64,000 nucleotides of DNA from Dehalococcoidia bacterium (GTDB lineage Bacteria; Chloroflexota; Dehalococcoidia; Bin125): assembly GCA_965237475.1 (NCBI GenBank), contig OZ250140.1, forward strand, positions 483,549 through 547,548, given 5' to 3'. Shown here in pieces: positions 1 through 7,663 of the stretch. The notes below the pieces were generated by a model. It worked only from the letters and a program-made list of their open reading frames with translations. It had not been told where the DNA came from and searched no databases. The first letter of the stretch is position 1; each line of letters begins with the position of its first letter. The translations under genes and the position numbers were made by a program.

Positions 1-4
1 CGTC

Positions 5-934
5 GTGATCGAGAACTACAGCGCTGGGGCCTTCGCCCGCATGGGCTTCCCCTGGGAGCACCTGCGGGAGATCAATCCGTCGCTGATCTACGTCTCCGTC
101 TCCGGCTTCGGCCACGTCGGCCGCGACGCCTCATATCGCACCTGGGGCCCCAGCGCCCAGGCCATCTCCGGCGCCACCGCCATGTCCGGGCTCCCGGACC
201 AGCCGCCCGCCGGCTGGGGCTTCTCCTACCTCGACCACAGCGCCGGCTACTACGCCGCGATCGCCGTCCTGATGGCCCTCCACCACCGCGCCCGCACCGG
301 CGAAGCCCAGCACGTCGACATGGCCCAGATCGAAGCCGGCATGGTCGTCAGCGCCGTCCCGATGCTCGACTACCAGGTCAACGGCCGCACCTACGAGCGC
401 ATCGGCAACCGCTCCCGCCACCCCGCCACGGCGCCCCACAACACCTATCCCTGCGCCGGCGATGACCGCTGGATCGCGATCGCCGTCGACGATGACGTCC
501 AATGGGCCGCGCTCTGCGACGTGCTCGGCCTCGACGCCCTCCGCGACGCTCCCCGCTTCGCGGAGATGGCCGCCCGCAAGGCTCACGAAGACGCCCTCGA
601 CCAGGCGATCGCCGCCGTCACCAGCGAGCGCGACCCCTTCGACCTGATGCTCCAGCTCCAGGAGCGCGGCGTCCCCGCCGGCGTCTGCCAGCGCAATGAC
701 GACAAGCAAGAGCGCGACCCTCAACTCGCCGACCGCGGCTTCTACCCCAGCGCCCCCCACGCCGAGCTCGGCGAGCACCGCTTCGAGGGCCTGCCCATGC
801 AGTTCTCGCACGCCCGCTGGCGGATCGACCGCGGCGCCCCCCTCATGGGCGAGCACAACCACGCCGTTCTCACTGAGCTGCTCGGCTACGACGACGAGGA
901 GCTCGCCACCATGCTCGCGGAGCTCGCCATCTGA
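5..934 (+). CDS. CoA transferase family III (CaiB/BaiF-like), 5' end lies outside the window
   Basis: 309-aa ORF. Family-III CoA-transferase-like sequence (SGFGHVGRDASYRTWGP...GFSYLDHSAGYY). The reading frame is open to the window edge. Its stop TGA overlaps the next gene's ATG (ATCTGATG). Confidence 0.75.
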   Translation: MIENYSAGAFARMGFPWEHLREINPSLIYVSVSGFGHVGRDASYRTWGPSAQAISGATAMSGLPDQPPAGWGFSYLDHSAGYYAAIAVLMALHHRARTGEAQHVDMAQIEAGMVVSAVPMLDYQVNGRTYERIGNRSRHPATAPHNTYPCAGDDRWIAIAVDDDVQWAALCDVLGLDALRDAPRFAEMAARKAHEDALDQAIAAVTSERDPFDLMLQLQERGVPAGVCQRNDDKQERDPQLADRGFYPSAPHAELGEHRFEGLPMQFSHARWRIDRGAPLMGEHNHAVLTELLGYDDEELATMLAELAI

Positions 935-2250
935 TGCCGCCCTCGAATACCGCCCCCCAGCCAGACCCATCCGGCCCCAGCGACGAGCTCCCCGGCCCCC
1001 GCGAAGGCCCACTCGAAACCCTGCGCGTGCTCGAGATCGGCGACCGCGGCGAGATCGCCGGCAAGCTGCTCGCCGACGCCGGCGCCGACGTCATCCGCAT
1101 CGAACCGCCCGGCGGCGGCCGCAGCCGCCATGTCGGCCCCTTCGTCAACGACGACCCCGGTCAGCCCTCCCTGCTCCACGCCAGCCGTAACACCAGTAAG
1201 CGCGCTGTCACCCTTGACGTCACCCAGCCCGCCGGCCTCGAGATCTGGCAACGGCTGGTCGGCCGCGTCGATGTCGTGATCGACGCCACCAGCCCCACCT
1301 TCCTCGACGCGCTCGGCGGCGGCTGGCAGTGGGCCGAAGCCCAGCCGGACCTGCACGCCTGCGTCTGGTGCAGCATCACCCCCTTCGGGCGCAGCGGCCC
1401 GCGCCGCGACTGGGCCGCCAACGACCTCGTCCAGCTCGCCCTCGGGGGCCCGATGATGAGCAACGGCTACGACGACCACCAGCTCCCCCCGATCCGCCCC
1501 GACGGCGAGCACAGCATCGCGATCAGCAACGAATACGCCGTCGCCGGCCTGCTCGCCGCCCTCTGGATGCGCGATGCCGGCCACCGCGGCCAGCTAGTCG
1601 ACGTCTCCATCCATGAGGCCGTCTCCGCCACCACCGAAGGCGCTTTTCCCAACTGGGAGTACTTCGGCCGCCTCGTCCAACGCCAGACCGGTCGTCACGC
1701 CTCCCCCGACCTCTCCGCCCCCTGGCAATACCTCGCTGCCGACGGCCAGCACGTCTGCCTGATCAGCGGTGGCCTCCCGCGCAGCGTCCCCGCCTGGTCC
1801 GGCCTGCTCGACTGGATGGACGAGCACGATGCCGCGGGCGACCTCCGCGATCCCCAATGGCAGGAGCTCCTCTACCGCGATCCCCGCTCCGACCCCGAAG
1901 CCCGCCTCCACGTCGCCGAGACGATCGGCGCCTTCGTCCAGCGCCTGCCCGCCGAAGAGGTCTACCGCCGCAGCCAGTCCCTCCGCTTCGCCTGGGGCGT
2001 CGTCCGCCGCCCTGAAGAGAACCTGGACGACCCGCACTGGGCCGACCGCGGCTTCTTCTGGGAAGGCGAATGCCCCGGCGTCGACCAGCCCGTCCGCTAC
2101 CCCGGCGCGCCCTACCGCTTTACCCGCTCCCCCGTCCGCCTGCGCCGCCGCCCCCCGCTGCTCGGCGAGCACAACCACGAGGTCTACGTCGGCGAGCTCG
2201 GCCTCAGCCGCGCCGAGCTCCGCGCCTACCTCGAAACGGGCGTCGTCTAG
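934..2250 (+). CDS. CoA transferase family III (CaiB/BaiF-like)
   Basis: 438-aa ORF. N-terminal 'LRVLEIGDRGEIAGKLLADAGADVIRIEPPGGG' glycine-rich CoA-transferase III signature. Translationally coupled to the upstream paralog. Confidence 0.8.
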   Translation: MPPSNTAPQPDPSGPSDELPGPREGPLETLRVLEIGDRGEIAGKLLADAGADVIRIEPPGGGRSRHVGPFVNDDPGQPSLLHASRNTSKRAVTLDVTQPAGLEIWQRLVGRVDVVIDATSPTFLDALGGGWQWAEAQPDLHACVWCSITPFGRSGPRRDWAANDLVQLALGGPMMSNGYDDHQLPPIRPDGEHSIAISNEYAVAGLLAALWMRDAGHRGQLVDVSIHEAVSATTEGAFPNWEYFGRLVQRQTGRHASPDLSAPWQYLAADGQHVCLISGGLPRSVPAWSGLLDWMDEHDAAGDLRDPQWQELLYRDPRSDPEARLHVAETIGAFVQRLPAEEVYRRSQSLRFAWGVVRRPEENLDDPHWADRGFFWEGECPGVDQPVRYPGAPYRFTRSPVRLRRRPPLLGEHNHEVYVGELGLSRAELRAYLETGVV

Positions 2251-2282
2251 CAGGCCGCTGGGAAAGTCGCTGCGCGGGCGCT

Positions 2283-2340
2283 CTCTACTCTCCCCCCGCC
2301 GAGCGGGGGGAGATGGAATCCTAGTTGCTCAGAGCATTCC
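2283..2340. repeat. MITE/REP-like element copy A (GC hairpin CTCTCCCCCCG-N5-CGGGGGGAGA plus IS5-IR-like arm)
   Basis: ctctccccccgccgagcggggggagatggaatcctagttgctcagagcattcctaaac. The arm, reverse-complemented, reads TTTAGGAATGCTCTGAGCAA, close to the IS left IR TTTAGGAACGCTCTGAACAA at 42807. Confidence 0.6.
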
Positions 2341-3416
2341 TAAACGGGTGCCAGCGCCGGCAGCTCGCAGGTGAAGGCGAAGTCGATGGCGGCGTGGACC
2401 GGATGCGTCGATCCGGCCAGGCCGCCGCTGAAGACGGCGGAATACATGCCGCCGCCACCGGCGACGATCAGCACGATGTCTTCGGGGCCGCGCAGTGCGG
2501 GGAGGTCGTCGTCGCCGTCGCCGTCGCGCATGGCCCGCTTCGTGGCCCAGCCTCGCATTACTGATCGGGGCGTCACGGCCAGCTCCGCGAGGCGGTCGCA
2601 GACGGCCTCGCGGCTGAGTCCGGCAGCGGCCAAGACACCGGCGTGGATGGGGTTGAGAGCGACGATCACGGGGCCGCGGCCGATCTGCGTGTTGTTGGCG
2701 CCGGCAATGGCGATGGACGCAGCGACGACGCGGAGGATGCGTTCGGGGGCTTGCGGATCGTCGACGTCGGTCGTCATCATCACGGAGTGCGGTGAGTCGA
2801 CGCCGACCAGGGTGACCGCGGACTGGTCGGCGTCGTAGCCGAAGGCGGTGTGTAGCGGCGGGAAGGGGCTCCCTTCCTCATCCTCGGCAAGGCAGCAGGT
2901 GAACTTGCCGGGCTGACCCAAGGCGGCCATGTCGCCGTGGCCGGGGCGGGCGCCGCCGATGTTCATCAGGCAGAGGCGCAGGGCGCGGCCGATGCTGGCG
3001 TTCGCGCGATGCCCCGGGCCGAGCGCACCCCAGCCGGAGGCGATCGGACCGCAGACCTCCCGCGCGGGCCCGTTGACGATGACCACCGGTCCCAGCGCGT
3101 GTGTCGTCGACTGCATGTTGTCGATGTCGAAGTCCGGATCTCCGACTGCCCGCACGGCGGCCAGGACGACAGGGAAGTGCTCGGGGCGGCAACCGGCCAT
3201 GACGGCGTTGATCGCGATCTTCTCGACCGTGGCCTGGCCGGCGCCGATCATGCCGACAATGACGTCCGGGTCGGTCTCTACCCCGGCGAGCAGGGCTTCC
3301 ACCCGCTCCTCAGTGGGGATCACGACCGGCAGGCCGTCGGTCCACTCGCGCATATGGAAGACCTCGAGCGCCGTCGCTTCGTCCGGGGCCTGGTGGCGCG
3401 TGGCGCGCAGGGTCAC
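2340..3416 (-). CDS. conserved hypothetical protein (family not recognised with confidence)
   Basis: 358-aa ORF with coding-like composition. Its ATG overlaps the stop of the upstream ORF (ATGA-type overlap at 3413-3416). Confidence 0.6.
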   Translation of the reverse strand: MTLRATRHQAPDEATALEVFHMREWTDGLPVVIPTEERVEALLAGVETDPDVIVGMIGAGQATVEKIAINAVMAGCRPEHFPVVLAAVRAVGDPDFDIDNMQSTTHALGPVVIVNGPAREVCGPIASGWGALGPGHRANASIGRALRLCLMNIGGARPGHGDMAALGQPGKFTCCLAEDEEGSPFPPLHTAFGYDADQSAVTLVGVDSPHSVMMTTDVDDPQAPERILRVVAASIAIAGANNTQIGRGPVIVALNPIHAGVLAAAGLSREAVCDRLAELAVTPRSVMRGWATKRAMRDGDGDDDLPALRGPEDIVLIVAGGGGMYSAVFSGGLAGSTHPVHAAIDFAFTCELPALAPV

Positions 3417-3943
3417 AGCTTGCGCCCCTCGAGCAGGTCGATGATGCGGGGCGCGGCCTCGCGGGCGACGCGGGCGAGGTTCTCGTCGCCGGTGCCCGAG
3501 CAGGGGTGAGGCAGGACGTAGCGGGGTATAGCGGGCATGCCCTCGGCCTGGGCGATGAAGGCGGCCAGCTCGACGAACGCCTCGGTAATGATGGCGACGG
3601 CGGGCAGGCCGGCCCTGGCGAAGATCGTTCCGTCACGCACGGTGCCGGATGTGCATCCGCCTCAATGCCCCCAGGCAGCTAAGACGGCATCGCACTCCTC
3701 GGTGATGGCGTCGATCAGCTCGCCGGTCACGGGCGCGACGTTGGGCTTTTGGTAGCGGAGCAAGGCGGCCTGCGGCAGCGCGCTCGCCAGTTCCGATTCC
3801 AAGTTGTCCATAAACTTGACGCCGTCGGGGAAGGCGTTCGCGAGCAGGCCGATCCGGATCGGGCCGCTGGTGTCCGCGAAGAGCTCGTAGGGCTCAACGG
3901 GGATGCCTCCCTCGGCAGTGGGATCGAGAAACGTGACAGTCAT
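3413..3943 (-). CDS. selenoprotein candidate (UxxC motif; two track ORFs joined by in-frame TGA at 3662-3664)
   Basis: ORFs 3662..3943 and 3413..3640 are in the same frame, separated only by TGA. Read-through gives ...DAVLAAWGH-U-GGCTSGTVRDGTIFARAGLPAVAI... (U-G-G-C). Perfect SD AGGAGG 6 nt before ATG 3943. Confidence 0.5.
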
Positions 3944-3964
3944 GATGGGCCTCCTGAGAGGATA

Positions 3965-4453
3965 CTAGGGGATCTCGGCCGGGCCTTCCCGATGGATGCC
4001 GAGCACCGCGAGCTGGCGGCCGCCGCCAACGAAGCACGCGACGCAGGTGGAGAGATCGAGGATCTCGTCGTCATCGAACAGCGCCCGCAGGCCCACCCAG
4101 TAGTCATCGTCCATCGACGAGTGGTCGTAGCAGTAACGCTCGGCGAAGTCGATCGCGGCGCGCTCCCGAGCCGTGTACAGCGGGCTCTCGCGATAGTTCG
4201 AGACCTGCGCGTATACCTCTTCGGTCAGATCGTTCTGCATCGCCGATGCAGAGCGGGTGGCCAGTCAAACAGAGCATTGATTGATCTCCGCAATGCGCAT
4301 GCGCACGACTTCCCGTTCGCGAACGGGAAGCTGGCTGTGCTGCAGGACCGCGCGGGAGAGCGCCGTCATCGCGGCCCCCATTTCGGGGCGCGCCTGGAAG
4401 AGACGGGCGCCTTCGGAGCCTTCACCCGGGGCGATGTCGATCCGTGCCATGTC
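3965..4453 (-). CDS. AhpD-like / carboxymuconolactone decarboxylase (CMD) family selenoprotein candidate (CxxU)
   Basis: ORFs 4265..4489 and 3965..4240 are in the same frame, separated by TGA 4265-4267. Read-through gives RIAEINQ-C-S-V-U-LATRS, aligning to the CMD/AhpD 'INGCxYC' redox motif. SD AAGGAG 6 nt before ATG 4451. Hairpin UCUGCAUC-GGC-GAUGCAGA 12 nt 3' of the UGA. Confidence 0.6.
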
Positions 4454-4593
4454 TTGCTCCTTGTTTCGAGACGATACTACCGGCGGCAACTCGCCGCCAC
4501 AACGCTCGGCCTTCCGCTACCCGCGCCCCTGGCCTGCTCGCCGGGCCCCGAGTTGGCGGCCATGCCGCAGCATGAGGGCGCCGCGGCGGCGGA

Positions 4594-5424
4594 CTAGCGC
4601 GCGCGGGTGCCGCCGTCGACGGGGAAGATGCCGCCCGTGATGTAGGAGGCGTCTTCGCTGGCGAGAAAGGCCACCATCGCTGCGATCTCATCGGCTTCGC
4701 CGTAGCGTCCCATCGGCGTCGACGCCGCGAGCCTCGTGTGTACCGCCTCCGGGTCATCCGGGTTAACGCCTCGCTCCATGGCTCGCATCATGCGCGTCTC
4801 AATGGGACCGGGACAGACGGCGTTGACACGGATGCCGTCGCCGACCAAGGCAATGGCCGCAGACTTCGTCAAACTCACGACCGCACTCTTAGTGGCCCCG
4901 TATGCCGCCGCTCGGGAACTGGCTTGGAGCCCGGCGACCGAGGCCGTGTTGATGATCGCGCCCCCGCCCGCTTCCTGCATCACTCGTCCCACAGCCTGCA
5001 AGCCGAAAAAGACGCCCTTGACGTTGACAGCGAAGACCCGATCGAATTCGTCTTCCGGGTAATCCAGCAGCGGTCCAACCCAGCCCTCGATCCCCGCGTT
5101 GTTGAAGAACACATCGATCTGCCCGAATTGGTCGAGTGCCGCCTGGACATACCCGTCGACCTCGCCGGCGACGGTGACATCGGCTGGATGGGTCGCGATT
5201 TGGCCGCCAGCCCGGTGTACCGCTGCCACCGTCTCGTCCAGTTCAGAGTCCGGCAAATCAACCGCCAGGATGCGGGCGCCCTCTGATGCGAAGCGGACGG
5301 CCGTCGCCCGGCCGATGCCCCCGGCGGCTCCCGTAATCACGACGACCCTTCCCTCGAATCGGTCTGCCATCGGCAATCCTCGCTCCTCGTTCAGGTGGCG
5401 GCGGAGCATACCAGCGGGCGCCAC
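4594..5424 (-). CDS. SDR family oxidoreductase (short-chain dehydrogenase/reductase)
   Basis: 276 aa. TGAAGGIGRATA Rossmann motif; typical SDR length and motifs. Confidence 0.85.
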   Translation of the reverse strand: MAPAGMLRRHLNEERGLPMADRFEGRVVVITGAAGGIGRATAVRFASEGARILAVDLPDSELDETVAAVHRAGGQIATHPADVTVAGEVDGYVQAALDQFGQIDVFFNNAGIEGWVGPLLDYPEDEFDRVFAVNVKGVFFGLQAVGRVMQEAGGGAIINTASVAGLQASSRAAAYGATKSAVVSLTKSAAIALVGDGIRVNAVCPGPIETRMMRAMERGVNPDDPEAVHTRLAASTPMGRYGEADEIAAMVAFLASEDASYITGGIFPVDGGTRAR

Positions 5425-5680
5425 GGTCAGTGCACGAGCAACTGATCGTGGGATTCATCGATCGGCGGCGGCGCGGTCCCGGTCGAGGCCGCGCCCGCCC
5501 CCGCGCGGGGAGCGGCGGCAGCGCGGGCGGGCAGGAGGAAGATCTGCCGACTCCAGAGTCCGCCTCGCGGTTCGCGTGCTGACCCCGCTCCGGCGACCCA
5601 GCGACCGAGTGGCTACCGATCTGACCGATCGGTTAGCCTCCGCAACCTTGGGGTTGCTGCAGGATTCTGGAGGCGCTGGC

Positions 5681-6646
5681 GTGGCCGACATTCAGGTGGA
5701 GATGGGGATTGGCCCCCCGACGGGAGCGGCATTCCCGTCGTGGGAGCTCCGCGATCAGGCAGGGCAGGCGATCGATCTGATGGCCGATCGGGCCGGCCGG
5801 GGCGCGCTGGTCGTGTTCCATCGCAGTGCCGCCTGGTGACCGTTCTGTAAGACGCAGCTCGTGGAGCTGCAGAAGGTGGCGGCGGACCTGGAGGCCGAGG
5901 GGATCGCCCTGTATGCGATCAGCTACGACCCTCCGGACGTGCTTGCCGGTTTCGCCGAGCGGCATGGCATCACCTATCCCCTGCTCAGCGACGCGGGCAG
6001 CGGACTGATTCGCGAGCTCGGCCTGCTCAACGAGGCGGCGAGCGGGCGCGTCGAGGGCATCCCGCATCCCGGCGTGTTCGTCCTCGACGCGGACGGCACG
6101 GTGGCCGAGAAACACTTCTACGAGAGCTACCGGGAGCGAGACACCGGCGCGGGGCTCCTGCAACACGTCCTCGGGATCGCCGCCACGCACGACGGGCCCC
6201 AGACGCAGGTGGCGTCCGATGTGGTCCAGCTCCAGGCTGAATTCGACGCATCCAGCTATACGTGGGGGCAGCGGCTCTGGCTGACCGTCAGTTTGACCAT
6301 CGCCCCCGGCTACCACGTCAACGGGCGTCCCATCCCGGTCGGTTACGTGCCGCTGGAGATCGAGATCGACCCACCGGATCGGGTGACGGTCGGCGCCCCG
6401 CGCTGGCCGACGCCGAAGCCGTTCCACGTGGAGGGGCTCGACGAGCAGTTGCACGTGTTCAGCGGCGAGATCCGCGTCTCCGTGCCGGTCACGTTCATGA
6501 CCGTGGACGCCGGCGAATTGGACGTGCGTGGACGCGTCACACTGCAGGCCTGCACGGCCAGGGAGTGCCTGTTGCCAGACTCGCTGAGCTTCGAGTTGCG
6601 GCTGCCGGAGACACCCCTGGTTGAGCGCCCCGCGCCGCGCAATTAG
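5681..6646 (+). CDS. thioredoxin-fold peroxiredoxin/redoxin-like selenoprotein candidate (W-U-P-F-C) fused to a DsbD-alpha-like domain
   Basis: The frame is continuous across TGA 5837-5839. Read-through gives ...GRGALVVFHRSAAW-U-PFCKTQLVELQK..., a UxxC where thioredoxin-fold proteins have WCxxC. GTG 5681 sits 7 nt after GGAGG. The C-terminal half carries 'QACTARECLLP', resembling the DsbD N-terminal domain Cys pair. Hairpin GCAGCUC-GUG-GAGCUGC 16 nt 3' of the UGA. Confidence 0.6.
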
Positions 6647-6747
6647 GGGTGTCGCGTGGGCGGACGAGTTCGCACACGATGGCGGGATCGTGGCGGCACG
6701 GGGATCTGTTGTTGTCGGGCGGAAGAGGCTGCCCCCCGCGCCGCCGC

Positions 6748-6806
6748 TAAGAATCCTCTGAACAAGTCGGATCCCCTCTCCCCCCGCAAAGCGGGGGGAG
6801 ATGTCA
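6748..6806. repeat. MITE/REP-like element copy B
   Basis: ctaagaatcctctgaacaagtcggatcccctctccccccgcaaagcggggggagatg. Near-identical to the reverse complement of copy C (20264-20320). Confidence 0.65.
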
Positions 6807-6917
6807 CGGAGTGACAGAGGGGGGCCGGTCCTGTCCCCTTAGATACCGCGACGGCAGTGAGTCGGCGCCGCAGCCCCCCTCTGCCCCCTGCCTGCGCAGG
6901 GGCAGGCTTCGGCCTCT

Positions 6918-6962
6918 CCCCCCGCTCCGCGGGGGGAGAGTCGTTCAGCGGCTTCCCAGGAA
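6918..6962. repeat. MITE/REP-like element copy B' (hairpin plus IS right-IR-like arm), preceded by an extra GC hairpin at about 6880-6912
   Basis: ctctccccccgctccgcggggggagagtcgttcagcggcttcccagg. The arm resembles the IS right IR GTTGTTCAGAGCCTTCCTAG. Confidence 0.5.
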
Positions 6963-7031
6963 CATGAGCGCCGCAGGCCGCGTACTAAACTGTGCACCCT
7001 GCACGCGCCGTGGCCGGAGAGGTGATCGGGG

Positions 7032-7244
7032 ATGAGCTTGTCCACGCACCCTCAGTTCCTCCAGACGCATCAGCCTGATGCCGGCTGCGCTGGCTGCTGG
7101 ACGGCGTTTCCCCGGCCATGCCGATGCGGCGGACAGATCCACGCGGAGCGCGGAGACGAGAACGAAAGCGGAGATGTCTGGCTCAGGCGATGGTGCTCGA
7201 AGTGCGGCGTCGATTGGGACGAGCCGATTCGCGCCAAATCGTAG
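7032..7244 (+). CDS. small Cys-rich (CxxC...CxC...CxxC) putative zinc-ribbon protein
   Basis: 70-aa ORF with high GC3. Motifs CAGCW, CRCGG, CSKCG. Confidence 0.25.
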   Translation: MSLSTHPQFLQTHQPDAGCAGCWTAFPRPCRCGGQIHAERGDENESGDVWLRRWCSKCGVDWDEPIRAKS

Positions 7245-7261
7245 CCAACCAGCCCGACCGA

Positions 7262-7663
7262 TCAGTGCTGCGGTTGGAAGTAGGCGTGAGCCACAGCCTC
7301 ATCGGGCCAGAGGAAGTCGAATCCCGCTTTGAGCGCGTATTGGCGATCTAGGTCCTCGCGGTCGCCGATGTGCAGATATACGTCCGCTTCATGCTTGGCT
7401 TTCACGTCCGGCAGCATGTGTTTGGAGACAACAAAGTCGACCTCGATGTCGTGCGCGGCCCAGAGGGCCCGTTGACCGCTCAGCGTGCGATCCGAACAGC
7501 TCCCGATCAGGAAGCCCTTTTCGCGTACCCGGCGGACCATGTCCATCGTCAAGACGCCAGGCGGATCGCCGACTTCTAACGTGCCGTCGATGTCGAAGCT
7601 GATCAGAACCACCACGGGCCACTCCTCGTCTTCGACCGTGACTAGTCGGGGCTGGCGCTCCAC
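7262..7663 (-). CDS. HAD superfamily hydrolase
   Basis: 133 aa. 'ISFDIDGTL' HAD motif I. Overlaps the upstream thiolase end, so operon-like. Confidence 0.7.
   Translation of the reverse strand: MERQPRLVTVEDEEWPVVVLISFDIDGTLEVGDPPGVLTMDMVRRVREKGFLIGSCSDRTLSGQRALWAAHDIEVDFVVSKHMLPDVKAKHEADVYLHIGDREDLDRQYALKAGFDFLWPDEAVAHAYFQPQH

Noticed and set aside
5099-5839. 247-aa ORF on the track upstream of the Prx-like gene
   Set aside because: Only its last about 50 codons are coding-like; they are the N-terminus of the Prx-like protein. The rest overlaps the divergent promoter region and the SDR gene on the other strand and is Arg/Pro-rich noise.
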